Shown: in pieces, positions 24,646 to 33,437 of the stretch
Layout: each line of letters starts with the position of its first letter
Position numbering within the stretch: the first letter of the stretch is position 1
Assembly (NCBI GenBank): GCA_964361825.1
Contig: CAYICB010000006.1
Location: 1-46,677, forward strand
DNA length: 46,677 nucleotides
Source: an uncultured Candidatus Saccharibacteria bacterium
GTDB lineage: Bacteria; Patescibacteriota; Minisyncoccia; Phycocordibacterales; JACOZG01
Direction of reading: 5' to 3'
The notes under the pieces: model-generated
Seen by the model: only the letters and a program-made list of their open reading frames with translations
What the model was told of the DNA's origin: nothing
The model's database searches: none
Program-made: the position numbers and the translations under genes

Positions 24646-25701
24646 ATGATTACCGATGTAATCAAGGTTTTTGCGCCGAGTATTTTTGCCTTTATCGTGG
24701 GAATTTTGATTACGCCGTTTTGGGCGGGTTTTTTGTATCGTCACGAGATGTGGAAGAAGAAGGCTGGCAAGGTGGCCCCCGATGGTCGAGCCACGCCCCT
24801 TTTCAACGAACTGCATAAGCACAAAGAGGTGGGCACGCCACGGATGGGCGGAGTGATTGTGTGGGGGAGTGTTCTGCTAACAATTTTGGCCATTTGGTTG
24901 GTGTCGATTTTTTTCCCCTCGGAGCTTACCTCTAAACTTAATTTTTTGAGCCGGAATCAAACTTGGTTGCCGCTTTTTACCTTGGTGGCGGCCTCGCTGG
25001 TAGGTTTAGTTGATGATTGGTTTGAGGTAAGTGGCCGCGGGCAATATATTTCTGGTGGCTTGTCGTTCAAAAAAAGGTTATTTATCGTCTTGATTATTGC
25101 GGCCATCGGCGCTTGGTGGTTCTACTTCAAACTTGAGTTGTCCGAGATTGCGATCCCGCTTGATGGCCTTATCAATATTGGTTGGTGGGTGATCCCGCTT
25201 TTTATCATCACGATGGTTGGACTTTTTGCCTCGGGAGTAATTGATGGGATTGATGGTTTAGCTGGCGGGGTCATGGCCATCATTTTTGCCGCTTATGCGG
25301 GGATTGCTTTTTTCCAAAACCAAATTGATTTGGCGGCTTTTTGCGCGGTGGTGACGGGCGGAATCTTGGCTTTTTTGTGGTTCAATGTGCCGCCGGCGCG
25401 CTTTTATATGTCGGAAACGGGAATGCTCGGTTTAACCACGGCGCTTACGGTGGTGGCTTTTCTTACGGATACTGTTTTGATTTTGCCGATCATCGCTTTT
25501 CCTTTGCTGGCCACGGCGGCCTCGGATGTGATTCAGTTGTTGTCTAAAAAATTTCGGCACGGGAAAAAAGTTTTTCTCATTGCCCCACTTCACCACCACT
25601 TTGAGGCTTTGGGTTGGCCGGCGTACAAGGTCACCATGCGTTATTGGATTATTAGTATTATCATGGCGCTCATTGGTATGGTGATCGCCCTGCTTACTTA
25701 A
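24646..25701 (+). CDS. mraY: phospho-N-acetylmuramoyl-pentapeptide-transferase
   Basis: Polytopic. VGLVDDW, GIDGLAGG and APLHHHFE motifs. TATACT sits 7 nt before the ATG. Confidence 0.93.
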   Translation: MITDVIKVFAPSIFAFIVGILITPFWAGFLYRHEMWKKKAGKVAPDGRATPLFNELHKHKEVGTPRMGGVIVWGSVLLTILAIWLVSIFFPSELTSKLNFLSRNQTWLPLFTLVAASLVGLVDDWFEVSGRGQYISGGLSFKKRLFIVLIIAAIGAWWFYFKLELSEIAIPLDGLINIGWWVIPLFIITMVGLFASGVIDGIDGLAGGVMAIIFAAYAGIAFFQNQIDLAAFCAVVTGGILAFLWFNVPPARFYMSETGMLGLTTALTVVAFLTDTVLILPIIAFPLLATAASDVIQLLSKKFRHGKKVFLIAPLHHHFEALGWPAYKVTMRYWIISIIMALIGMVIALLT

Positions 25702-25702
25702 G

Positions 25703-26788
25703 GTGCGACGGCGAGCCAACAAGTGGTTTCTGATTTTTATTCTCGCGCTTGCCGCCGCTGGCTTTTTTGTGTTTTCGTCGGCGGCGCTCGGCCTCCACTC
25801 TCGCGATGGCGCCAGCTTTATTTTGGTGGTGGGTAAACAGCTGCTGGTTTTGGCTTTAGGCTTGGCGGGGATGTTGCTCGCGGCGCGGATTCCTTATCGT
25901 TTTTGGCGACAATACTCTTTGCCAATCTTTTTATTAACCCTAGTTTTAACCGCGGCGGTATTTGTGCCGGCCTTGGGGTTTAAGTTTGGTGGCGCGGTGC
26001 GTTGGTTGCATCTTGGTCCCATTTCGCTTCAGCCTTCAGAATTTCTTAAGTTTGGTTTAATTTTATATTTGGCGGCTTGGCTTGCCAAGAATCGCCGCGA
26101 GGTAGAAACTTGGCAGACTGGTTTATTGCCCTTTTTAATTATTACCGGCTTGGCGGGTGGTTTGATTTTGGCGCAACCAGACCTTGGCACCTTTTTAATT
26201 ATTTTTTCTGCCGCTTTCATGATGTTTTTTGTGGCTGGCGCGCGTTGGAGTCACATTGCCTTCATCGTTTTAGCCTCGCTTATTTTGGTCGCTAGTATGG
26301 CCTATTTTAAGCCTTATGTTCGAGAGCGATTATTAACCCTGTGGGATCCTTCGCGAGATATGCAAGGTTCGGCTTATCAGATTAACCAATCTCTGATTGC
26401 CTTGGGTTCAGGCGGCTTGTTTGGCCGCGGCTTTGGCCAAAGTGTGCAAAAATTCCAATTTTTGCCCGAGCCTATTGGTGACTCCATTTTTTCGGTAGCG
26501 GGAGAAGAGTTTGGTTTTGTGGGTACCAGCACCTTGGTATTGTTGTATATTATCTTTTCGATTTGGGGTTTTCGTTTATCGGCGCGCGTCACTGATACCT
26601 TTGGGCGTTTTTTGGGCATCGGTTTGGTGTCGCTCATTACCGTGGGCGCTTTTTTCAATATCGCTTCCATGGTGGGGTTGGCGCCGGTGGTGGGTGTTCC
26701 GCTTTCGCTTTTCTCTCACGGCGGCACGGCCTTGCTTGTGACTTTGTTTGAAATTGGTATTCTTCTCAATATTTCAAAATACGCGTAA
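25703..26788 (+). CDS. ftsW: SEDS family peptidoglycan polymerase FtsW/RodA
   Basis: GTG start 1 nt after the mraY stop. LQPSEFLKF, PDLGT and SHGGTA motifs. Sits between mraY and murG. Confidence 0.85.
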   Translation: MRRRANKWFLIFILALAAAGFFVFSSAALGLHSRDGASFILVVGKQLLVLALGLAGMLLAARIPYRFWRQYSLPIFLLTLVLTAAVFVPALGFKFGGAVRWLHLGPISLQPSEFLKFGLILYLAAWLAKNRREVETWQTGLLPFLIITGLAGGLILAQPDLGTFLIIFSAAFMMFFVAGARWSHIAFIVLASLILVASMAYFKPYVRERLLTLWDPSRDMQGSAYQINQSLIALGSGGLFGRGFGQSVQKFQFLPEPIGDSIFSVAGEEFGFVGTSTLVLLYIIFSIWGFRLSARVTDTFGRFLGIGLVSLITVGAFFNIASMVGLAPVVGVPLSLFSHGGTALLVTLFEIGILLNISKYA

Positions 26789-26812
26789 AACTGCTATACT
26801 GCGCCACATCTT

Positions 26813-27943
26813 ATGAAAATTGTCTTAACTGGTGGCGGGAGTGGGGGACACTTTAATCCGTTGATTGCGGTAGCGGAGGAAATTAATTTGCTGGTGCAGG
26901 AGCGGAAGTTGGTACCACCGCAACTCTATTATTTTGCTGACAAGCCTTACGATGAGCAGGCCTTGTTTGAAAATCAAATAAAATTTATCAAAATTTCGGC
27001 TGGTAAGTGGCGGCGCTATTTTTCTTTGCAAAACTTTTTTGATCTCTGGCGTACCGCCCGAGGAATGTGGACCGCTCTGTGGAAGCTCTACACCCTTTAC
27101 CCCGATGTAATTTTTAGCAAAGGCGGCTATGTGAGCTTTCCGGTGCTTTGGGCCGCGAGAATTCTGCGGATTCCGGTGGCAATTCATGAGTCTGATTCTC
27201 ATCCCGGGCGCGTGGCCCTTTGGTCAGGTAAGTTTGCCGCCCGCGTGGCCCTCTCTTTCCCCGAAGCCACGCCACATTTCTCGGTCGAGAAAACAGCGGT
27301 CACGGGTAATCCGATTCGGGCTTCGCTTAAGAAGCCAATTACCACTGGCGCCCGAGAATATTTACAAATCGATCCAGAAGCACCAATTATTTTTATTACC
27401 GGTGGTTCGCAGGGCGCGGTAACCCTAAACGAAGCGGTGCTCAAAATTTTGCCAGATTTGGTCTCGCGTTACGCTATTATTCATCAGGCGGGAGCCGAGA
27501 ATTTAGCCGAAGTTAAGAGCCGCAGTGGTTTGATTTTAGAAAACAATCCTCAAGCTGGCCGTTATCAGGCCTATGATTATTTGAACGAAGTGGCGCTGAA
27601 GATGGTGGCGGGCGCGGCCACTCTGGCGGTGTCGCGAGCCGGGGCGGGAATGATTTTTGAACTAGCCAATTGGCAGTTGCCAGCCATCCTTATTCCTATT
27701 CCTGAAGCCATTAGTCATGATCAGCGAAGTAATGCTTTTACCTATGCTCGTTCAGGTGGCGCCGTGGTAATTGAACAAGAAAATTTGACCCCCTCGGTTT
27801 TACTGGCCGAAATTGATCGATTGGTTGGCGACGCTCATTTACGCGAAGAGATGAAACGCGGGGCCAAAAGTTTTGCTCGGCCGGAGGCGGGTCGCCTAAT
27901 TGCCGAAGCCTTGATTGGTCTCGCTTTAGAACATGAAGAATAA
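26813..27943 (+). CDS. murG: UDP-N-acetylglucosamine--N-acetylmuramyl-(pentapeptide) pyrophosphoryl-undecaprenol GlcNAc transferase
   Basis: TGGGSGGHFNPLIAV and ITGGSQGA...SRAGAGMIFE are GT28 motifs. Confidence 0.92.
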   Translation: MKIVLTGGGSGGHFNPLIAVAEEINLLVQERKLVPPQLYYFADKPYDEQALFENQIKFIKISAGKWRRYFSLQNFFDLWRTARGMWTALWKLYTLYPDVIFSKGGYVSFPVLWAARILRIPVAIHESDSHPGRVALWSGKFAARVALSFPEATPHFSVEKTAVTGNPIRASLKKPITTGAREYLQIDPEAPIIFITGGSQGAVTLNEAVLKILPDLVSRYAIIHQAGAENLAEVKSRSGLILENNPQAGRYQAYDYLNEVALKMVAGAATLAVSRAGAGMIFELANWQLPAILIPIPEAISHDQRSNAFTYARSGGAVVIEQENLTPSVLLAEIDRLVGDAHLREEMKRGAKSFARPEAGRLIAEALIGLALEHEE

Positions 27944-29135
27944 AGTCGTTACCAGATTTGCGCCGAGTCCAACCGGCAATTTGCATATTGGGAGCGCCCG
28001 AACAGCCTTGTTTGACTATTTATTTGCGCGACAAATGGGCGGCAAATTTATTTTGCGTCTTGAGGATACTGACCGGGCGCGATCAACCAAAGAATTTGAG
28101 CAAAAGATTCTTGATGGCTTGGCTTGGCTTGGTCTCAATTATGACGAATTTTATCGACAGTCGGAACGAGGAGAAATTTATGCCAAAGAAATTAATAATT
28201 TATTGTCCCAAAACAAAGCTTATTGGTCAGAAGAAAAACGCGAAGATGGTAATTTGTCTAAAGTAATTCGCTTTCGTAATGCTGGTGGCACTATTACTTT
28301 TACTGATTTATTGCGGGGAGAAATTATCACCACCGTGAACGATTTAGGCGATATGGTGATTGCCAAAGCGCCAGAAGCGCCACTTTATCATTTTGCCGTG
28401 GTGGTAGACGATTGGTTGTCTGGAGTGACTCATGTGATCCGGGGTGATGATCATATTGCTAATACTCCACGACAGATTTTGATTCAAGAGGCGCTTGGGG
28501 CGCCGCGGCCGGTGTATTGTCACTTGCCCCTCATTTTAGCCACTGATCGCTCTAAATTATCTAAGCGTCATGGGGCGGTGGCCCTCACCGATTATCGCGA
28601 TCAGGGTTATTTACCAGAAGCAATTATTAATTTTTTAGCGTTACTTGGTTGGCATCCAGAAAATGATCAAGAGCTTTTTGGTTTAGAAGAATTGGTGAAA
28701 GGGTTCCAACTCGAACGAGTGCAAAAAGGTGGGGCGGTGTTTGATCAAAAAAAATTAGATTGGTTTAATCGTCACTATGTTCAAATTTTGCCACCCGAGA
28801 AGCAACGGGAGTATTGGGAGCGAGCTTTGGTGCGAGATGGAGAGTTTAATTACTTTGCCGGTCAACCGACTTATGCCAAGGAGCTTTTGAAAAATCAAAT
28901 TCATTTTGCTAAGTTGCAAGAATTGCTTGGCGTTCTGCCAGAAGATAATTTTTCGACCGAAAAAATTAAAGTCACGATTTGGGATTATGCCACCGAAGTG
29001 GGGAGGGGGGAGGTGCTCTGGCCGATGCGCGTGGCCCTCTCGGGTCGCGATAAATCGCCCGATCCTTTTACTTTGGCTGCCACTTTGGGTAAAGAGGAAA
29101 CCCTCAAACGCTTGGCTTATGCGGCGAAGCTTTAG
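27933..29135 (+). CDS. gltX: glutamate--tRNA ligase (short form, 400 aa)
   Basis: RFAPSPTGNLHIGSART (HIGH) and KLSKRH (KMSKS). Overlaps murG by 11 nt. Confidence 0.92.
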   Translation: MKNKVVTRFAPSPTGNLHIGSARTALFDYLFARQMGGKFILRLEDTDRARSTKEFEQKILDGLAWLGLNYDEFYRQSERGEIYAKEINNLLSQNKAYWSEEKREDGNLSKVIRFRNAGGTITFTDLLRGEIITTVNDLGDMVIAKAPEAPLYHFAVVVDDWLSGVTHVIRGDDHIANTPRQILIQEALGAPRPVYCHLPLILATDRSKLSKRHGAVALTDYRDQGYLPEAIINFLALLGWHPENDQELFGLEELVKGFQLERVQKGGAVFDQKKLDWFNRHYVQILPPEKQREYWERALVRDGEFNYFAGQPTYAKELLKNQIHFAKLQELLGVLPEDNFSTEKIKVTIWDYATEVGRGEVLWPMRVALSGRDKSPDPFTLAATLGKEETLKRLAYAAKL

Positions 29136-29526
29136 GGTTTTATTAATTGGGGTGTTGTTCCTTGTGGCTCCTCGACTTTGCTCGGGACAGGGAGCTACGG
29201 TGGTGGAGCTAGAAGCCAAAATCTCGGCCCACAATGAGGAAATTGAGCGACTGGAGAGTGAAATTAAGCAGTATCAATCGGTGATTAAAACCACCACCGA
29301 AGAAAAAGATTCTTTACAGAAGGCGGTTAAATTGGTGGATACGAACCGACAGAAAATTTCTACTGATATTAAGGTGACGGAGAAAAAAATTTCTACCACT
29401 AATCTTAAATTGGAAGAGTTGGAACTGGATATTGGGAGCAAAGAAGCCGAAATTAAACGCCGCCACCCCGCGCAACGAGAACCGGCGCGGCACCAGCTCC
29501 AAAAAAAAAAACAGAGTTGGTTATAA
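29119..29526 (+). CDS. N-terminal signal peptide + coiled-coil part of an EnvC-like M23 peptidase, ending at in-frame TAA
   Basis: MRRSFRVLLIGVLFLVAPRLCSG signal, then heptad-rich region. Same reading frame as 29548-30384. Confidence 0.6.
   Translation: MRRSFRVLLIGVLFLVAPRLCSGQGATVVELEAKISAHNEEIERLESEIKQYQSVIKTTTEEKDSLQKAVKLVDTNRQKISTDIKVTEKKISTTNLKLEELELDIGSKEAEIKRRHPAQREPARHQLQKKKQSWL
29501..29511. repeat. A11 homopolymer inside the split M23 gene
   Basis: Read directly. A T5 run at 29528-29532 flanks the TAA on the other side. Confidence 0.95.
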
Positions 29527-29547
29527 GTTTTTCATTCTAGTCCCACT

Positions 29548-30384
29548 TTGGCCAGTTTTTGGCAAAGACAAGTTTCTTTGCTCCAATATGGCGATCGGGT
29601 TGAAGAAAATCGTCAGGAATTAAAGGGGCTTAAGGTGGCACTAGAACACAATGAGCTCAAAGTTTCGGCCGAACGAGAAAAATTGGCATCGCTCAAAGAA
29701 AAATTGGCCGACGAAAAGACTTTGGCCGATAAAGAAAAAGCTAATAAAGATAAATTACTAAAAGAAACCAATAACAAGGAGTCTAATTACAAAAAACTTT
29801 TAGCCGATTCGGTGGCCAAAAAACAAGCCTTCGAAAAAGAGCTTTTCTTGTTTGAGTCGCAACTTAAGATTGCTATTGACCCCAGTTTGTTGCCCACTCT
29901 CGGTACCAAGCCCCTTGCTTGGCCCGTGACCGATGTGTATATCACTCAATCTTTTGGAGTGACGGCTGATTCTAAAAGGCTTTATAAATCTGGCAGTCAC
30001 AATGGGATAGATTTTCGCGCGCCGGTGGGGACGCCGATTAGGGCGGCGGCATCTGGGGTGGTGCAGGGGGTGGGCGATACCGATACGGTGTGTTCTCGCG
30101 CCTCGTATGGTAAATGGGTTTTGCTCAAGCACGATAATGGCCTCTCGACGCTCTACGCGCACTTATCACTAATTAAGGTAGCACCAAATCAGCCGGTAAA
30201 AGTTGGCGATCTCATTGCTTACTCCGGTAATACCGGTTACGCCACCGGACCGCATTTGCACTTTACGGTTTATGCTAGCCAAGGGGTGCAAATCGCTTCG
30301 CGTCAGAGTACGGTCTGCGCCGGCACTTACACCATCCCTATCGCCGACCCCAAGGCCTACCTCAACCCAATGGATTATTTGTAA
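29548..30384 (+). CDS. M23 family metallopeptidase (coiled coil + LytM catalytic domain)
   Basis: HNGIDFRAPVGTPIRAAASG...YAHLS...GYATGPHLHFTVY are HxxxD / HxH LytM motifs. The track start is TTG. Confidence 0.85.
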   Translation: MASFWQRQVSLLQYGDRVEENRQELKGLKVALEHNELKVSAEREKLASLKEKLADEKTLADKEKANKDKLLKETNNKESNYKKLLADSVAKKQAFEKELFLFESQLKIAIDPSLLPTLGTKPLAWPVTDVYITQSFGVTADSKRLYKSGSHNGIDFRAPVGTPIRAAASGVVQGVGDTDTVCSRASYGKWVLLKHDNGLSTLYAHLSLIKVAPNQPVKVGDLIAYSGNTGYATGPHLHFTVYASQGVQIASRQSTVCAGTYTIPIADPKAYLNPMDYL

Positions 30385-30405
30385 ACCTTAGTTATACTTT
30401 AAGTT

Positions 30406-30540
30406 ATGAATCAACGGGGATTTTTTAAGTTAATCATTATTATCGTTATCGGGCTGGCTTTACTTTATTATTTTAAAGTCGATGTGCGCGGGTGGGGGGA
30501 TTACCTGATCGAATTGTATGGAAAAATCCGCGGAAATTAG
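30406..30540 (+). CDS. possible 44-aa single-TM micro-protein
   Basis: MNQRGFFKLIIIIVIGLALLYYF.... TATACT 7 nt before the ATG. Overlaps the next gene by 23 nt. Below the ORF-track length cutoff. Confidence 0.35.
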   Translation: MNQRGFFKLIIIIVIGLALLYYFKVDVRGWGDYLIELYGKIRGN

Positions 30541-31510
30541 GGCGGCCGTAGAGAAGGCGAACAAGATTCTTCTTCATCTCCATCCGGGTCCCGACCTCGA
30601 TAGTATGGGCAGCGCCCTCGGGATGTACTGGGCGCTTAAAGAGTGGGGTAAAGAGCCGACGGTGATTCGTGGTGATTCGGAATTACCCGACTTCGCGCCC
30701 CTTTTTCCCGGTCATGAGCAAATTCTCGCCAAAAACTTCTTTGAAGTTAATTTAGCTGATTACGATTTGATGATTATTGTCGATTCTCCGGTGGATCGGA
30801 TTAGCGCCTTGGGAGAAGTTAAGTTTCCGGACAATTTTCCCACAATTCTGATTGATCATCATGCAACCACTAAACCAATTTGTCAAATAAATTTAATTAA
30901 ACCCGATTATCCGGCCACCGCCCAGCTTATTTTTGATTTGTTTACTGACTGGGGAATTAAGATTGACCGCAATATGGCTACCTGCTTGTTTTTGGGGGTG
31001 TATGGCGACACGGGCGGTTTCCGTTACGCTGGGACCACCACGCAAACTTTTATGATGGTGGCCAAATTGGTGGAAATTATTCCTGATTTTTCCAAAATTA
31101 TTTTTACTCTCGATAATAAGCGCCTGCCACAAACCCTGTTTTATGAAGCCTTGGCCCTCAACAGTATTGAAGTGATGTTTGAGAAAGTGGCGGTTTCGGC
31201 GGTTAGTTATCAGGAGTTGAGCGCCAAAGGGATCAAATCAGAGCATCTCGGTCCAGTCAGCATGAGCAACAAACTCAAATCTGTTATTGGTTGGGATATT
31301 GGTGTTGAGTTGAGTGAAGAAGAGCCCGGTCAGGTCCATGTCTCGTTACGGACGCGTGACCCAGAGAAGTACGATGTTTCTAAATTAGCGCTGGCGCTTG
31401 GCGGCGGCGGACACAAAGCGGCGGCTGGTGCCCGCCTAGTAGGGGAGTTGGGTGAGGCTAAGGCCAAACTTCGAGAAGTCTTACCAAGGGTTTATCCTGA
31501 TTTGGCGTAA
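30518..31510 (+). CDS. DHH/DHHA1 family phosphoesterase (NrnA-like)
   Basis: HPGPDLDSMGS, LIDHHAT and GGGGHKAAAG motifs. Confidence 0.85.
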   Translation: MEKSAEIRAAVEKANKILLHLHPGPDLDSMGSALGMYWALKEWGKEPTVIRGDSELPDFAPLFPGHEQILAKNFFEVNLADYDLMIIVDSPVDRISALGEVKFPDNFPTILIDHHATTKPICQINLIKPDYPATAQLIFDLFTDWGIKIDRNMATCLFLGVYGDTGGFRYAGTTTQTFMMVAKLVEIIPDFSKIIFTLDNKRLPQTLFYEALALNSIEVMFEKVAVSAVSYQELSAKGIKSEHLGPVSMSNKLKSVIGWDIGVELSEEEPGQVHVSLRTRDPEKYDVSKLALALGGGGHKAAAGARLVGELGEAKAKLREVLPRVYPDLA

Positions 31511-31664
31511 AAGACTTTTTACTGGGTCAAATTGACTTATTTTTACCAACTGTGGATAACTTTTTATGGGTCTAGACAAGATTTGTCAAGTATGATAGAG
31601 TATTGACGTAGTATCGTTATCTGTAGTGCTGTGGCGTCCGAATATGGCTTAAAAACGATACTTT

Positions 31665-32210
31665 TTGCTTTTTTACCTTATTCTTACAATCTCAAAAATA
31701 GGTCTAGCAAGCCTCATATTCGCCGGTCAGTTGGCAGGCCAACTCCCGGCCACACCCGAGACCCCTTCAATCATGGCTGACAGCCAAAGCGCTGCGGTTA
31801 TTATGTCTGTGGCAGAAATTGAGCTCCCAACCGCAGAAAGTCTAGTTCAGGTGGTTAGTGACAAGGTGGCCAAGTACCAGCGGGAGGCGCTAGAAGCGCT
31901 TATTAGTGATTTGTCGATTAAGTATGAGACTGATGTCGACTTGGCCCTCGCGATTGCTCAATGTGAGAGTCATACGACTCATTATAATGACCAAGGTAAG
32001 ATTTTGCGTGGCCGGATTGACCGTGACGACCTTGGTGTCTTTCAAATTAACGAGCGCTTCCACGGCAAGAAAAGCAAGGAGCTTGGTTTTGATATTTATG
32101 ACCCAGAGGGTAATGTGGCCTACGCTTTATGGATGCTTAAGAACACCGGCTCCCATCCATGGAAGGCCAGCCGTTCTTGTTGGACTAAACACTTGGCGCT
32201 CGCTAAGTAG
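31665..32210 (+). CDS. membrane-anchored lysozyme-like transglycosylase domain protein
   Basis: IAQCESHTTHY...LGVFQINERFHG...NVAYALWM resembles an SLT/lysozyme-like fold with a catalytic Glu. TTG start is uncertain. Confidence 0.65.
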   Translation: MLFYLILTISKIGLASLIFAGQLAGQLPATPETPSIMADSQSAAVIMSVAEIELPTAESLVQVVSDKVAKYQREALEALISDLSIKYETDVDLALAIAQCESHTTHYNDQGKILRGRIDRDDLGVFQINERFHGKKSKELGFDIYDPEGNVAYALWMLKNTGSHPWKASRSCWTKHLALAK

Positions 32211-32287
32211 TGGTTGTTACTTAGTATCAATGTCGCAAAAGTATTATTGTGCGACCTCCACTTCGCTGAAGCTTCGCGGAGCTGGAC

Positions 32288-32698
32288 TTACTCTAAACCC
32301 GGGCAATTGGCGGCTGGGGTGTATCCCCTCGCCCGGGCTTCTTCGGCCGAAGCGAAGCTGATTAAGTTTTCGGGTTTAATGCGACTTACCCCGCCACACC
32401 ACGGTAAATAGTATTTTTTCCCATTTCGTGAGGCCACGATCTTGCCGTCATTATTTAATGGTTTTAGAGGCGTCAAAGGTTCGACCTTTGGATCCTGGGT
32501 CTTTAAGGTCGAACCTTGGGTTGCGGCGGTTAGGCCGGGACTAGTGATTGTGAGTGGCGATTCCCCCACCTCATTTTTCGTTGAGAGGCGACCGAGGCCG
32601 ATACCCAAGGTAAAAACGAGGATAGTGATGAAAATAACGGCCAAGTGCTGTCCACGGCCTCCTGTCTTGAACTTTTCTCGCCAGTCTGCTAAGCTCAT
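32288..32698 (-). CDS. membrane-anchored protein with C-terminal Ada-like metal-binding (sunset) domain
   Basis: KYYLPWCGGVSRIKPENLISFASAEEARARGYTPAANC fits the Y-H/L-x-P-x-C...F.s..eA...GY.pC..C pattern. N-terminal TM helix. Confidence 0.65.
   Translation of the reverse strand: MSLADWREKFKTGGRGQHLAVIFITILVFTLGIGLGRLSTKNEVGESPLTITSPGLTAATQGSTLKTQDPKVEPLTPLKPLNNDGKIVASRNGKKYYLPWCGGVSRIKPENLISFASAEEARARGYTPAANCPGLE
32474..32520. repeat. inverted pair of AAGG...CCTT palindromes inside the coding sequence
   Basis: CAAAGGTTCGACCTTTG (32474-32490) and AAGGTCGAACCTT (32505-32517) are reverse complements of each other. Confidence 0.7.
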
Positions 32699-32705
32699 GC
32701 GGTAA

Positions 32706-32713
32706 ATTATAAC
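32706..32713. promoter_or_regulatory. overlapping divergent -10 boxes in a 20-bp intergenic gap
   Basis: Minus-strand TATAAT (complement of 32706-32711) is 7 nt before ATG 32698. Plus-strand TATAAC (32708-32713) is 5 nt before the rpmA ATG 32719. Confidence 0.5.
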
Positions 32714-32718
32714 GAATT

Positions 32719-32991
32719 ATGGCACATCGGAAAGCCGGCGGAACAGCGAGGAATTTAAGAGATTCAAACCCCAAGTATCTTGGGGTTAAGAAGTTTGCCG
32801 GTGAGCAGGTAGTGTCTGGTAATATTTTGGTTCGCCAACGCGGCACCGTCATTCTTCCCGGTCGCGGAGTTGCTATGGGTAAGGACCACACCTTGTTTGC
32901 CAATAAAAAGGGTGTGGTTTCCTTTTCTGCCAAGCGTCGCCTCGGTTACGACGGCCGCACCAAAACGCATAAAGTCGTAAGCGTTAACTAA
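32719..32991 (+). CDS. rpmA: 50S ribosomal protein L27
   Basis: [31 protein letters not shown]...[10 protein letters not shown]. Confidence 0.95.
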   Translation: MAHRKAGGTARNLRDSNPKYLGVKKFAGEQVVSGNILVRQRGTVILPGRGVAMGKDHTLFANKKGVVSFSAKRRLGYDGRTKTHKVVSVN

Positions 32992-32992
32992 A

Positions 32993-33427
32993 TTAAGTCG
33001 CAATAATTTTTACGGCCAATTCTCCCCCATCATGAAGGGGGATTTTTGTTTCGCCGGTTAATTTGATGGGCTTGTCGAGGAGAAGATCACTATCATCAAG
33101 AATTATCTTGTGATCACGCGCGAGGGTTTTTAAAACAATTTCTTTTTTAATTCCCTCAAATAAGTGCCCCTTATCGCTCGCTTTGGCTTTAATAATTAAA
33201 ACGATATTTTTTAGTTTTTCTCTCACCAACTTTTTTAATTCTTGATTTTTAGCGTTCTCTGCAGTATTTAGTTTGAGACGTTTTTCGTATTCGGTTTTAG
33301 TTTGGGTGGTGGCTTCTATGGCCAAACCGCGTTTTAACAAGAAATTGCGGCCAAAGCCCTCTTTTACCTGTTTCAGATCGTTTTTTCGGCCAATTTTGGG
33401 GACATCTTGTAAGAGAATTACTTCCAT
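32993..33427 (-). CDS. rplI: 50S ribosomal protein L9
   Basis: MEVILLQDVPKIGRKNDLKQVKEGFGRNFLLKRGLA. Confidence 0.93.
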   Translation of the reverse strand: MEVILLQDVPKIGRKNDLKQVKEGFGRNFLLKRGLAIEATTQTKTEYEKRLKLNTAENAKNQELKKLVREKLKNIVLIIKAKASDKGHLFEGIKKEIVLKTLARDHKIILDDSDLLLDKPIKLTGETKIPLHDGGELAVKIIAT

Positions 33428-33437
33428 TTCTCTTGTT

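Noticed and set aside
28906-29118. ORF-track start of the M23 N-terminal ORF at 28906
   Set aside because: The upstream part lies inside gltX in another frame. ATG 29119 yields a proper signal peptide (MRRSFRVLLIGVLFLVAPRLCSG).
29524-29526. Stop-codon recoding or an alternative genetic code as the explanation for the in-frame TAA
   Set aside because: All conserved genes in the window are full length under the standard code and use TAA, TAG and TGA as terminal stops. A single internal TAA flanked by homopolymers is better explained by indels.
31511-31664. Possible small RNA in the 154-nt gap (9-bp stem AGTATCGTT/AACGATACT with a 35-nt loop, several TTGACN boxes)
   Set aside because: I could not pair any -35 with a convincing -10 at proper spacing. 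There is no terminator and no resemblance to a known RNA family. It is more likely the promoter/leader of the transglycosylase gene.
32474-32520. tRNA-like GGTTCGA sequence
   Set aside because: GGTTCGACC resembles a T-arm, but there is no acceptor, D or anticodon stem context and it lies inside a coding region. No tRNA or rRNA genes were found in any intergenic gap.
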